This document shows positions 28,446 through 38,041 of a DNA stretch of 55,249 nt, piece by piece. The notes under the pieces are model-generated. The model did not search any database. It was given only the letters and a program-made list of their open reading frames with translations, and was not told the origin of the DNA. Every line of letters begins with the position of its first letter. Within the stretch, counting starts at the first letter, position 1. The stretch is from Alistipes sp. (GTDB taxonomy: Bacteria; Bacteroidota; Bacteroidia; Bacteroidales; Rikenellaceae), in the NCBI GenBank assembly GCA_017647625.1, contig JAGCKG010000168.1, positions 1 through 55,249 on the forward strand, written 5' to 3'. The position numbers and the translations under genes are program-made.

Positions 28446-30056
28446 ATGAAAATTAAGACCTTTACACTTTTTACTAATGTTGTCGCTTTGATGGTGGCAA
28501 CAATGCTCTTCGGTTGTAACGAGCCAAACACTCCTACCCCAACCCCACAACCAGAGCAGAAGGCGTTTAAGTTCAGCGGTGTAGTATCGGAGCATAGAAC
28601 GCTTAAAGTCAACGTCATACCAGAGGACAAGGAGCAGGAGTATATCGTATTCCTCAGCGAGAAGAAGCACTTTACAGCCAACCAAATCGATACACGCGAG
28701 GAGCTTTTGGAGGACGACTACATCTACTTCACACAGCTTGCCGAGTACTACGAGATGGGCGTATATGAGTTCCTCAAAACCGTAGGCTGGGTTGCTAAGG
28801 GCGATAAGATTGGCTATGGCGCAATCAACCTATACCCCGACACCGAGTATGTCATCTACTGCTACGGCGTGCAGTTCGATGGCGACTTCTACGAGGCAAC
28901 AACCGAGATTTGCTATAAAGAGATAAGCACCACATCGCCAGAGTTGGTTAACGCAGACTTCGATCTAAATGTTGGTGTTGCGGGCAACCTTGCAACTATC
29001 TCTATAGACCCAAAGGAGTATGACGGCTACTACTACTCGTTTGTAGTACCAGAGACCGATAGTTACTACCTCTACGATGGTATGGAGTTTAGCGATGAGT
29101 ATATGGCACACTACCGCAATATGCTCGTTGATGAGTTCGACGAGGCATCGAATGAGGGTACAGCAATCTCAAGTTTGTGTCATCAGGGCAAGGTGGAGTT
29201 TAACGAGCGTTTAGAGCCTAACAAGGAGTATGTGCTTCTTGTCTTTAACCTTAGCGATGATAAGATGCCGATTATCAACTCATTGCCAGTAGTTGAGCGT
29301 TTCACTACCCAGGAGGTTAGCACCAGCGACCTTACTATCGACATCGCTGTTACCGACATCACGCCATATATGGCACACCTTACCGTAACGCCATCTAACG
29401 AGAGCGAGTCGTATGCCTGCCTGCTACTTGGCAAGGATCAGGTGCCACCTATCGAGAATGAGTACGAGCAGATGCTAACCATTATGGAGTATTACGACCC
29501 TACAATATTTAGAGGTACTCACAACGAGGATATCTATCCATTCACACCAAGCACCGAGTATGTAGTTTTGGCATTCGGTGTGGAGAACAACCTCCCTACA
29601 ACACAACTCTTCCGCCACGATTTCACTACCGCAAGTGCTGATGCAGGTAATATCACCATCGAGAGTATCGATATCGTAAAACTCTTTGATGCACAGGAGA
29701 TTGTTGCATTGGATCGTAGTTATGCACAGGCCCTCAGCGAGTGTGAGTGCGTGGCTATCGTGGAGATGACAACATCTGCACCTACCGACAACGTATACTT
29801 CTGGTGGTATGAGGAGTGGAATAAGGCAGAGTATAGCGAGGAGGCCTTCCTTGAGGACCTACTAATGTACGAGCCTACATCTACAATGACTGCGATGAAT
29901 ATGTACTACTCATTGGATGAGTCCGACAAGTTCTTCTTCGCAGGTATTGCCGAGGATGAGAATGGCAACCTCAGCGCAATCTACTATAGCGAGCCATTCC
30001 TACTCTCCAAGGATATGTGCGATCCTGCCGAGGAGTTTTTCAGGGAGGTTCTATAG
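28446..30056 (+). CDS. Surface lipoprotein with repeated Fn3/Ig-like modules
   Basis: Lipobox LFGC, PT linker, three repeats ending (L/F).P..EYV. Confidence 0.75.
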   Translation: MKIKTFTLFTNVVALMVATMLFGCNEPNTPTPTPQPEQKAFKFSGVVSEHRTLKVNVIPEDKEQEYIVFLSEKKHFTANQIDTREELLEDDYIYFTQLAEYYEMGVYEFLKTVGWVAKGDKIGYGAINLYPDTEYVIYCYGVQFDGDFYEATTEICYKEISTTSPELVNADFDLNVGVAGNLATISIDPKEYDGYYYSFVVPETDSYYLYDGMEFSDEYMAHYRNMLVDEFDEASNEGTAISSLCHQGKVEFNERLEPNKEYVLLVFNLSDDKMPIINSLPVVERFTTQEVSTSDLTIDIAVTDITPYMAHLTVTPSNESESYACLLLGKDQVPPIENEYEQMLTIMEYYDPTIFRGTHNEDIYPFTPSTEYVVLAFGVENNLPTTQLFRHDFTTASADAGNITIESIDIVKLFDAQEIVALDRSYAQALSECECVAIVEMTTSAPTDNVYFWWYEEWNKAEYSEEAFLEDLLMYEPTSTMTAMNMYYSLDESDKFFFAGIAEDENGNLSAIYYSEPFLLSKDMCDPAEEFFREVL

Positions 30057-30065
30057 AACCTCCCT
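30042..30065. repeat. Perfect 24-bp palindrome equal to the fused termini of the 4417-4606 MITE
   Basis: AGGGAGGTTCTA|TAGAACCTCCCT; contains the TAG stop of 28446..30056. Confidence 0.8.
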
Positions 30066-30159
30066 AAAGAAATTGCCCCAGATAGGACATACTTGGAGTA
30101 TTTCCTATTTAGGACAATGATTGAGAGGTCGCAGATGACCCCTTATCACAGGGAATTTC

Positions 30160-30279
30160 TTGTCAGAAGGGGTTAAATTTGTTCTATCGCAAAAGAAGAT
30201 CCCCACGGGATAGTACACATAGTACAGCCCGTGGGGTCTTACTTTTGGGATGGGACAAAGGTATGCCCCTTATCACAAC
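30160..30279. repeat. ~120-bp long imperfect palindrome downstream of argR
   Basis: AAGGGG...TTTGTTCTATCGCAAAAG-AAGATCCCCACGGG...GTAC-ACATA-GTAC...CCCGTGGGGTCTT-CTTTTGGGATGGGACAAA...CCCCTT. Confidence 0.75.
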
Positions 30280-30282
30280 AAA

Positions 30283-30747
30283 TTATAGGTTGGCAAGAGA
30301 CGGAAACAACATCGTCAACTCCGCCATCAACTTTGACTTATTGAAATCTTCTCGGAGAACGAGGAGAATAGTGTTGTCGCCAGCGAGACTACCAAGGACT
30401 TCGGGAATACCTTTGCTGTCAATAGGTACGGAGATTGCACTCGCATAACCTGGCTTAGTAGTGATAACACACATATTGCCAGAGAAGGCGATTTGGGTGA
30501 TGTTATCGGAGATATTTGTAGATATCTGGTGGTCGGAGAGGTTGCTGTTAGGTAGCACATAGACATAACCCTTCTCCTTGTTTGGCACTTTAGCGACCTG
30601 CATAAATTTCAAATCGCGAGACAATGTGGACTGCGTAACCTGCACACCACACTCCTCAAGACGCGCTATAAGTTCCTCTTGTGAAGAGATGTATTCGGAA
30701 CGAATAATCTTTCTAATTATCGAGAGTCGCTGAGTCTTACTATTCAT
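30283..30747 (-). CDS. argR: Arginine repressor
   Basis: SQEEL...VTQSTLSRDL wHTH; TKPGYA and GSLAGDNT in the arginine-binding domain. Confidence 0.93.
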   Translation of the reverse strand: MNSKTQRLSIIRKIIRSEYISSQEELIARLEECGVQVTQSTLSRDLKFMQVAKVPNKEKGYVYVLPNSNLSDHQISTNISDNITQIAFSGNMCVITTKPGYASAISVPIDSKGIPEVLGSLAGDNTILLVLREDFNKSKLMAELTMLFPSLANL

Positions 30748-30915
30748 TATTTTTCGCGTTTATGGAATGGTCTATATTTCCACAAAAATATACTATCATT
30801 CCCCGTTTACGATACAAAGTTAATAAAAAGTAGATGAAAATGCAAATTTTATTAAATATTTATGTGTTTTATGACTTTATTTCCTAACGACATTGCCCCC
30901 ATAGGAATAATTTAT

Positions 30916-30923
30916 TATCTTTG
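30916..30923 (+). promoter_or_regulatory. sigma-A -7 element for the lipoprotein pair
   Basis: TATCTTTG ~70 nt upstream of ATG 30993. Confidence 0.55.
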
Positions 30924-30992
30924 CGCAGGTATATAATATACCATATGTGATTTGAAATTTTATAATATTAACTATTTAACTATTTTATCCTA

Positions 30993-32531
30993 ATGAAAAA
31001 ATTTCTTTCAATTTTCAGCATCGCACTTGTAGCTATGTTTGCTATGGGTTGCGGCAATGATGAGCCTACTGATGGTGGCAAAGAGAGTCTCACATTTGAG
31101 ATTACAGAGTCTGCTATCAACTCATCATCTATCGAGGTTATGATTACCCCTTCAGATGCCACCGTTAACTACATCGCTGACATCGTAGCATCTGCAGAAC
31201 TTGAGGGTAAGAGCGACGCTACTATCATCGACGAGTGGGTAAGCAGCGGCGAGCATAAGACACGCAAGGGCGTATCGTTCATCAACAAGACTGGTTTGAA
31301 TAGCAATACATCGTACACCGTTGTGGTATTCGCAATCACAGAGACAGAGAAGGTCACACGCAAGGCTATTTCTACAACAGAGGCTGTAGCTCCACTACCA
31401 TCAGATGAGTTCAATGTTGCAATCAATGTTAAGGATATCACTGCAACATCGGCTGTAGCTACTGCAACTCCTAACGGTTCTAATCGCTACTATTTCCGTG
31501 TTATCACAAAGATGGAGCTCGATGCTTTCGGCATCTACAACGACAACTTCCAGATTTTTGAGTACATCATCGAGAACCCAAGCAGCGGCGATTATATCAC
31601 ATCAGGTACTACAACTCTTAATTGCCGTCTTAGCCCTAAGATGGACTACTTGGCAGTAGCTTTCAACTTCGAGAACTGGGAGGCTGTACACAACCAGGAG
31701 GAGGATATTCAGCTTTTCAGATATGCATTCTCTACTCCTGAGGCTCCAGAAGTAGACCCTGACACATTGTTCTCATACTCAAACCTTGTAACTACACACA
31801 CTGATTTCAATTTGGATGTAACACCTACTCTTGACCAGCAGTGGACATACTATATTTGGACCAAAAAGTCTTATGATGAGACATTGGCTACAGAGTCTAA
31901 GGCAAGCATCGTTATGCGTAGCTACTTCGGTCTTAACAACCTCGCTGTAGAGCAGGGTTACGGCTTTGGCAATATTATTCAGGAGGACAAACTCGGTCGC
32001 AAGGGCGCAGCTACAATCTCTGCATACCAGCCTTTGAAGAATAATACTGAGTATATTCTAGTATTGTTCTATGTTGACCCAACAACTGTTGACCCAACAA
32101 TCGTATATGATTACAACTATGTTGCTGTTCCATTCAAGACTGCTGAACCTACTGCAGATGCAGTTGCTACACTCTCTGTATCAGGACCTGTAATCGTTAA
32201 GAATGGTTTTAAGTATGACATTCAGTTCCTTGTTAAGACTGACAACAACGCTATCGATTTGAAGGTAGGTGCTCAGCTTTGGAACAACTACGACTTTGCT
32301 AAGTATTGGGATCCAAACGATTGGTCACAGATTCAGGCATTCTTTATGTTCCGCACATCTGTTGAGCCTTCTACCCTTGAGGCTGCAAAGACCGCTGAGG
32401 GCGCTACAGTATCATTCCCTGGTGTAGACAAGGATGACTATGTATTCTTCTTCGAGGTACTCAACGCAGAGAACACTGCAACACAGTATGCAATCCGCGT
32501 TCAGCCTGAATTGTTCGACAACGTACAGTAA
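30993..32531 (+). CDS. Surface lipoprotein with repeated Fn3/Ig-like modules
   Basis: Lipobox AMGC; repeats L.(S/P/N)..(S/D/E)Y..V; VKDITA matches VTDITP in 28446..30056. Confidence 0.75.
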   Translation: MKKFLSIFSIALVAMFAMGCGNDEPTDGGKESLTFEITESAINSSSIEVMITPSDATVNYIADIVASAELEGKSDATIIDEWVSSGEHKTRKGVSFINKTGLNSNTSYTVVVFAITETEKVTRKAISTTEAVAPLPSDEFNVAINVKDITATSAVATATPNGSNRYYFRVITKMELDAFGIYNDNFQIFEYIIENPSSGDYITSGTTTLNCRLSPKMDYLAVAFNFENWEAVHNQEEDIQLFRYAFSTPEAPEVDPDTLFSYSNLVTTHTDFNLDVTPTLDQQWTYYIWTKKSYDETLATESKASIVMRSYFGLNNLAVEQGYGFGNIIQEDKLGRKGAATISAYQPLKNNTEYILVLFYVDPTTVDPTIVYDYNYVAVPFKTAEPTADAVATLSVSGPVIVKNGFKYDIQFLVKTDNNAIDLKVGAQLWNNYDFAKYWDPNDWSQIQAFFMFRTSVEPSTLEAAKTAEGATVSFPGVDKDDYVFFFEVLNAENTATQYAIRVQPELFDNVQ

Positions 32532-32540
32532 TTTTAGACT

Positions 32541-33923
32541 ATGAAGAGATTATTTCAGTTATTTGCTATCGCTACTCTCGCACTCGGTTTCACCGCGTGC
32601 GAGAACCCAAGTGAGAATACCAATAACGGCGAAATCGCCATATCTCTCACTGCCGACAAGAGCGAAATCGTTGCCAACGGCGTGGATAAGGTGACATTCA
32701 CCGCTACGGTTAATGGCGAGGCTAACGATAAGATTCAGATTATCAACCTCAAGAACAACTCATTCGTGGAGAACAACACCTTCACCACTCTCGTGGCTGG
32801 TGACTACCTGTTCAAGGCGGTATATGAGAACAAGAGTTCTGAGGCTTTCAAGGTAACAGCAACAGAGCCTACAGAACCTCTATTGCTCCTCTCTGCCGAC
32901 AAGCAGAGCATCGTGGCTGATGGCGAGGAGGTTGTAACATTCACAGTAACGCTTAATGGCGAGGATGTGACTGCAAACAGCACTATCACAAACATTGTTA
33001 CCAATTTAACCCTTGAGGGTAACACCTTCGCTACTGATGCCATTGGAGAGTACCTCTTCGAGGCAAAGTACGAGAGTTACACATCGCCACAGGTAAGCAT
33101 CAACGCTACTGCTATCCCACAGAAGTCGTTGACACTTAAGGCATCGAAGATGCGTATCAAGGCTGATGGCGAGGAGAAGGTTATCTTCACAGCATTGTAT
33201 GGCGAGGACGATGTAACTGCATCTTGCACCCTTCACACTACTACTGGTAGCGAGATTGAGGGTGCAGAGTTCGCAACAACAACTCCTGGCACATACAACA
33301 TCTATGCTCTCTACAACAACACTCGTTCTAACACCATTAGCATCGATGCTTACGACCCAGCCATCGCAGGTCAGTATGAGATTGGTCAGATTTACGAGGT
33401 CAGTGGCTCAAAGGGTATGATCTACGCCATTAAGGGTGATGCCTCTGGTAACACCTGGGTATATCTATGCTCTTTGGACGAGGCCGACTTGCAGTGGTCT
33501 ACAGAGAACGTAATGTGTAATTGCATTAGTTCGAAGGGCGCGTGGAACACATACGATCCATTCGATCCTACATACTCAAAGGCTGATGGTGGCGTTCGCG
33601 ACATCAACAACTACCCTGCCTTCAAGTGGTGTATGGAGCACGGTGACGACTGGTTCTTGCCTTCATCACAGGAGTTGCAGTGGATGTGGGATGCTATCTC
33701 GGAGGGTACTCACAACTTCAACAATGCAAGCGTAGCGAAGTACAACAAGATACTTACAGATAATGGTGGTATGCCTTTCATTGAGACATACTACTGGTCA
33801 TCTAACGAGACCGCAGCAGACTCTGTAGAGCTTATCGCCTTTATGGAGGATAGCATTGTATGTCTTGAGCCTTATAAGACTAAGGTATACACTGTACGCG
33901 CAGCATATCGCTTCCAGATCTAA
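32541..33923 (+). CDS. Lipoprotein with three bacterial Ig-like repeats and C-terminal DUF1566/CLec-like domain
   Basis: Lipobox FTAC; three copies of L.A(D/S)K..I.A(N/D)G...V.FT; WFLPSSQEL, YYWSSNE and VRA at the C-terminus. Confidence 0.78.
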   Translation: MKRLFQLFAIATLALGFTACENPSENTNNGEIAISLTADKSEIVANGVDKVTFTATVNGEANDKIQIINLKNNSFVENNTFTTLVAGDYLFKAVYENKSSEAFKVTATEPTEPLLLLSADKQSIVADGEEVVTFTVTLNGEDVTANSTITNIVTNLTLEGNTFATDAIGEYLFEAKYESYTSPQVSINATAIPQKSLTLKASKMRIKADGEEKVIFTALYGEDDVTASCTLHTTTGSEIEGAEFATTTPGTYNIYALYNNTRSNTISIDAYDPAIAGQYEIGQIYEVSGSKGMIYAIKGDASGNTWVYLCSLDEADLQWSTENVMCNCISSKGAWNTYDPFDPTYSKADGGVRDINNYPAFKWCMEHGDDWFLPSSQELQWMWDAISEGTHNFNNASVAKYNKILTDNGGMPFIETYYWSSNETAADSVELIAFMEDSIVCLEPYKTKVYTVRAAYRFQI

Positions 33924-33945
33924 CGCGATATTGCATAGATTAATT

Positions 33946-33984
33946 AAGAGTGTGTCCTTATTTTTTGGGGACACACTCTTTTTT
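33946..33984 (+). terminator. Intrinsic terminator
   Basis: AAGAGTGTGTCC/GGACACACTCTT followed by a T-tract. Confidence 0.8.
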
Positions 33985-33987
33985 CAC

Positions 33988-33995
33988 TACCTTTG
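33988..33995 (+). promoter_or_regulatory. -7 element directly upstream of thiL (likely leaderless transcript)
   Basis: TACCTTTG followed 4 nt later by ATG 34000. Confidence 0.55.
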
Positions 33996-33999
33996 CGCT

Positions 34000-34935
34000 A
34001 TGAAAAAGAGCGAATTTTCCTTTATCGGCGATATAGCCAAACTATTTGGCGCGCTACCCCACAATGGCTTTGAACCTATAGGCGACGACTGCACAGTGCT
34101 ACCTATGGGCGAGGAGGCGTTGGTGATGACTACAGATATGCTTATCGAGGATATACACTTCCTACGAGGTGCATCCTCGGCTGAAGAGGTGGGCGAGAAG
34201 AGCCTTATGGTAAACATCTCGGATGTCGCAGCAATGGGTGCCAAACCCGTAGCCACACTCTTAAGCATCGCCCTGCCAGAGTCGGCACAGGGCGAGTGGG
34301 CAGAGGCTTTTATGCGAGGATACTACGAAGCATCAGCGCGTGAGGGCGTAGCATTGGTAGGTGGCGACACCACAGCCTCGCGCGATAAGATTGCCATAAA
34401 CGTGGTAGCCATAGGTCGTGCGCCAATGGCAAACATCAAGCGTCGTAGCGACGCAAAGGTGGGTGATGCCATATGCGTAACAGGAAAACTCGGCATATCG
34501 TCGAAGGGTTTGGTCGACATTATGTTTGGCGACCTCAACACCGTAGCAGCCAAGGCTCATCGCAGGGCGCAAGCGCGTACCGCAGAGGGTGTGTGGCTCG
34601 GAGCGCGCAACGATGTACACGCTATGATGGATATATCCGACGGCATAGCTTCCGACATAAACCATATTATGGAGTTATCGAAGGTGGGGGCAAGAGTGGA
34701 GTTAAACAGCATCCCTACCGACTACGATATACGCTACGCCACAACAGGAGGCGAGGACTATGAGTTACTCCTTACCGTAGCACCCGAGAGCATCGAGAGC
34801 GTCGCAAAGGCACTATATGAGGCAACGGGTACATCTCTCACCAAGATTGGCGAGATTACCGATACGGGATATGTCGAGTGGCTTGAGGGCGGGAAGCCCA
34901 CAGAGTTGGAATTAAAGGGTTTTACGCACTTTTAG
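34000..34935 (+). CDS. thiL: Thiamine-monophosphate kinase
   Basis: EF.FI, IGDDC, DMLIEDIHF, NISDVAAMGA, GGDT, DISDG, GGEDYELL, GFTHF; start re-assigned to ATG 34000. Confidence 0.95.
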   Translation: MKKSEFSFIGDIAKLFGALPHNGFEPIGDDCTVLPMGEEALVMTTDMLIEDIHFLRGASSAEEVGEKSLMVNISDVAAMGAKPVATLLSIALPESAQGEWAEAFMRGYYEASAREGVALVGGDTTASRDKIAINVVAIGRAPMANIKRRSDAKVGDAICVTGKLGISSKGLVDIMFGDLNTVAAKAHRRAQARTAEGVWLGARNDVHAMMDISDGIASDINHIMELSKVGARVELNSIPTDYDIRYATTGGEDYELLLTVAPESIESVAKALYEATGTSLTKIGEITDTGYVEWLEGGKPTELELKGFTHF

Positions 34936-36379
34936 TGAGCATCGAGCGGAGTAGTTGTACGCCCTCTTTTAGGGTCTTCAGACGGCAGATAAGAGCCAAT
35001 AGCATATAGACTACGCCACCGCATAGAACTTCGCACACAAGGCGCAGAGCAACACCCATATCTGCGATATAGGGTATTAGCAACATTATGGCGAAGTACA
35101 TCGCCACAGCAATAATAAGAGATGGTAACAACGCCCCTATAAGGCGCAACGTACCGATTTTAGCGAGGCGCACCGCAACGCTGGTGTTAAGCAAAAACTC
35201 CACACCCGCCATCAGGGTCATTCCCCACGCGACAACCATAACACCGCGCGGGATGGTATAGCATAGCACCGCAGTCATTATAATGCGCTTAATGACCTCC
35301 AAGCGAATAATAACGCGACCATCGCTACGCACCTTCAACACATTATAGGCGACAACAGCCAAGGGATAGAACAGCCCCGAGAGTGCCAAGACCTCGAAGT
35401 ATGGCACCGTAGGCATCCATCTATCACCCAACAACAGCATAAACATATCCTCGGCAATAGCCACAAAGCCGAGCATCACAGGAAAGACCACAAAGCCAAG
35501 CATACGCACTATACGCTCGTAGCCATCACTAAACTTTCTATCGTCAGCGTTAAGTTCCGAGAGCGCAGGATAGGTAACACCCTGCACCGCCTGCACCGTA
35601 GAGGTTACGGGCAAGTCCTTAAGTTTCTGCGCCTGCGAGTAGTAGCCGAGCATCGTGGTGGAGTGCATCTTACCGATAAAGAGTTGCGCTACATTATTAT
35701 ATATAGAGGCAATCAAATCGGTGGCGAGCAATCGCAGACTAAATGGCATCATCGCCCTTATAGCACCTATGCTAAAGCGGGCATCGCTATGCCAGCGACG
35801 TATCGCCCAGAAAGCTACAGCCTTGATACCCATCATAAGCAGTCGTTGCGCCACCAAAGACCATATTCCACACCCCATAACTGCCATCACAACAGCCACA
35901 ATGCCACTTATAAGCGACGATAGAAAGACTATCTTCGAGAGCAGAGCAAAGCGGAACTCCTTGGTAAACATCACTGTCTGTACCACGCATAGCGAGTTTA
36001 TAGGCAGCACCAAGAATAGCACTGGTGCAATCTCCGATATCACGCTATGACCATAGAAATCAGCGATATATGGCGAAGCAACAAGGAGAACGAAATATAG
36101 AATAAGCGACACCGCGACATTGAAGCCCAGCACCGACTTATACTCCTCGTCCGAGGGGTTTTGCTTGCGGATAAGGGTCTGCGAGAAGCCACTATCCACG
36201 ATAGCCAAGGCTACAGAGCTAAAGAAGGTCATAATAGCCATAATACCAAAGTCCTCTGGCATTAGTTGGCGCGCCACGATGATGCTCACCACCATCTGTA
36301 TAAGCATCGTGAGGAGCTTCTCCGAGAAACTCCACGCTATGCCCGACGCAACCTTACTCTCCAACCCTCTCTGAGCCAT
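34922..36379 (-). CDS. Lipopolysaccharide/polysaccharide flippase (WzxC-like, MOP family)
   Basis: ARQLMPEDFG, DSGFSQTLI, GIWSLVAQ, LLGDRW; many TM helices. Confidence 0.88.
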   Translation of the reverse strand: MAQRGLESKVASGIAWSFSEKLLTMLIQMVVSIIVARQLMPEDFGIMAIMTFFSSVALAIVDSGFSQTLIRKQNPSDEEYKSVLGFNVAVSLILYFVLLVASPYIADFYGHSVISEIAPVLFLVLPINSLCVVQTVMFTKEFRFALLSKIVFLSSLISGIVAVVMAVMGCGIWSLVAQRLLMMGIKAVAFWAIRRWHSDARFSIGAIRAMMPFSLRLLATDLIASIYNNVAQLFIGKMHSTTMLGYYSQAQKLKDLPVTSTVQAVQGVTYPALSELNADDRKFSDGYERIVRMLGFVVFPVMLGFVAIAEDMFMLLLGDRWMPTVPYFEVLALSGLFYPLAVVAYNVLKVRSDGRVIIRLEVIKRIIMTAVLCYTIPRGVMVVAWGMTLMAGVEFLLNTSVAVRLAKIGTLRLIGALLPSLIIAVAMYFAIMLLIPYIADMGVALRLVCEVLCGGVVYMLLALICRLKTLKEGVQLLRSMLTKSA

Positions 36380-36382
36380 ATG

Positions 36383-36799
36383 CTAACCGATAATATACTC
36401 CACAGCAAGACGATAGGACTCCATACCAAAGCCCATAATCGAGCCACGCACCACAGGAGCGATAAGCGATATGTGGCGGAACTCCTCGCGCGCGAGTATA
36501 GAAGATATGTGTACCTCGACAACGGGTGTTGCGATAGCCGAGATAGCATCGCGTATAACCACCGAGGTATGGGTATATCCCCCAGCGTTAAGCACTACGG
36601 CATCGTATGTGCCATCGGCACGCTGTAGCATATCGACAATCTCGCCCTCGATATTGGACTGATAGTAGTCGATAGTATGGTCCGAGTAACGTGCGCGAAG
36701 AGCCTCGAGGTAGTCCTCGAAGCTCTCACGACCGTATATCTCTGGTTGACGACGCCCCAAAAGATTGAGGTTCGCCCCGTTGATAATCAATATTTTCAT
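36383..36799 (-). CDS. aroQ: Type II 3-dehydroquinate dehydratase
   Basis: NGANLNLLGRRQPEIYG, QSNIEG, NAGGYTHTS, EVHIS, REEFRH. Confidence 0.95.
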   Translation of the reverse strand: MKILIINGANLNLLGRRQPEIYGRESFEDYLEALRARYSDHTIDYYQSNIEGEIVDMLQRADGTYDAVVLNAGGYTHTSVVIRDAISAIATPVVEVHISSILAREEFRHISLIAPVVRGSIMGFGMESYRLAVEYIIG

Positions 36800-36825
36800 C
36801 TTTTATACTCTACAAGTGTAGATAT

Positions 36826-36948
36826 ATAAAGTTAGATGTTGTGACTATTTTGAAGCTGCTCGCAGTCAGACAAAGCGGAGTTTACAAAGCGTAAATGAGC
36901 ATTTGGCTGACAAGGCAGATACCAAAAGAGTCGAACAGATAACTTTAT
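36826..36948. repeat. ERIC/IRU-like structured intergenic element, copy A
   Basis: 123-bp nested palindrome ATAAAGTTA...GGAGTTTAC-aaagc-GTAAATGAG...TAACTTTAT; homologous to 38995-39119. Confidence 0.8.
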
Positions 36949-38015
36949 TAATATTCTTTGGCTGCAGTCTCGCCCTTGAGAACACGCAACGCATTCTCCG
37001 CAAGCGACTCAAGCTCGTTCTCGCCTGGATAGATCTTGATAGGCGCAAGGAACTTACAATAGTCAACGATGATGTCGTTAACGCAGTCGTTCCAAGCGAT
37101 ACCACCAGTGAGAAGGATAGCGTCTACCTTACCCTTCAATACCACTGCCATCTCACCAATGAACTTGGCAACTGAGTATGACATAGTATCGAGCATAAAG
37201 CGTGCCTCCTTATCTCCTCCAGCAGCGCGTACCTCGTTAAGTTCCTGAACGTTGTTGCAGTTAACGTGGTCTACAAGACCACCCTTACCTGCGAGCAACT
37301 TCTTAATCTCTGCCTTCTCGTACTTGCCAGAGAAGCAGAGGTCTACAAGGTCACCTGCTGGGATAGTACCTGCGCGCTCTGGTGCGAGTGGACCGTCACC
37401 ATCAAGAGCATTGTTGGTATCGATAACACGACCCTGACAGTGTGCAGATACAGAGATACCACCACCCATATGTACTACTACAAGGTTAAGTTCCTCGTAT
37501 GGGCGACCGACCTCCTTAGCATAGCGACGTGCGATAGCCTTCTGGTTCAAAGCGTGGAAGATAGAGCGACGTGGAAGCTCCTTGATACCGCTTACACGTG
37601 CCATATCCTGCAACTCGTCAACAACAACAGGGTCAGCGATATAAGCCTCAACACCTGCCTCGTCAGCGATACGACGTGCAATCAAAGCACCGAGGTTGCT
37701 GGCGTGCTGACGCTTAGGAGCAGAGAGGTCGGCAATCATAGTCTCGCCAACGCGGTATACGCCACCCTCGATAGGGCGCATAAGACCACCACGACCGATT
37801 ACTGCATCCAACGATGATAGCTCGATACCCGCAGCCTTCAACTCGCCAAGGATAATCTCCAAACGCCAGTCAAGCTGGTCGGCAACAGTCTCAAAGCGAG
37901 CGATCTCCTCTGCCGAGTGGCTGAGTTTCAAAACCTTAACCTGCTCCAAGTCCTGAAACAACGCCACCTTGGTAGATGTAGAGCCAGGGTTGATAGTTAA
38001 TATGTTATAAGCCAT
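36948..38015 (-). CDS. buk: Butyrate kinase
   Basis: INPGSTSTK, GRGG, HASNLG, DPVVVDE, FHALNQKA, HMGGGIS, YPGENE. Confidence 0.95.
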   Translation of the reverse strand: MAYNILTINPGSTSTKVALFQDLEQVKVLKLSHSAEEIARFETVADQLDWRLEIILGELKAAGIELSSLDAVIGRGGLMRPIEGGVYRVGETMIADLSAPKRQHASNLGALIARRIADEAGVEAYIADPVVVDELQDMARVSGIKELPRRSIFHALNQKAIARRYAKEVGRPYEELNLVVVHMGGGISVSAHCQGRVIDTNNALDGDGPLAPERAGTIPAGDLVDLCFSGKYEKAEIKKLLAGKGGLVDHVNCNNVQELNEVRAAGGDKEARFMLDTMSYSVAKFIGEMAVVLKGKVDAILLTGGIAWNDCVNDIIVDYCKFLAPIKIYPGENELESLAENALRVLKGETAAKEY

Positions 38016-38041
38016 AATTAATGTTTATCTTTTGTGTTAGA

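Noticed and set aside
30835-30880. ARG boxes upstream of argR
   Set aside because: AT-rich sequence with only a partial match (AATGCAAATTTTATT); not distinguishable from background by eye.
8181-33923. A complete DGR in this window
   Set aside because: Target-like folds are present, but no reverse transcriptase, Avd-like gene or template repeat was found.
33856-33999. N-terminal extension of thiL in the ORF track (also upstream extensions to 15254, 3454, 4187, 1247)
   Set aside because: The thiL extension crosses the upstream gene's end, a terminator and a promoter; in all these cases downstream ATGs give family-typical N-termini or coupled starts.
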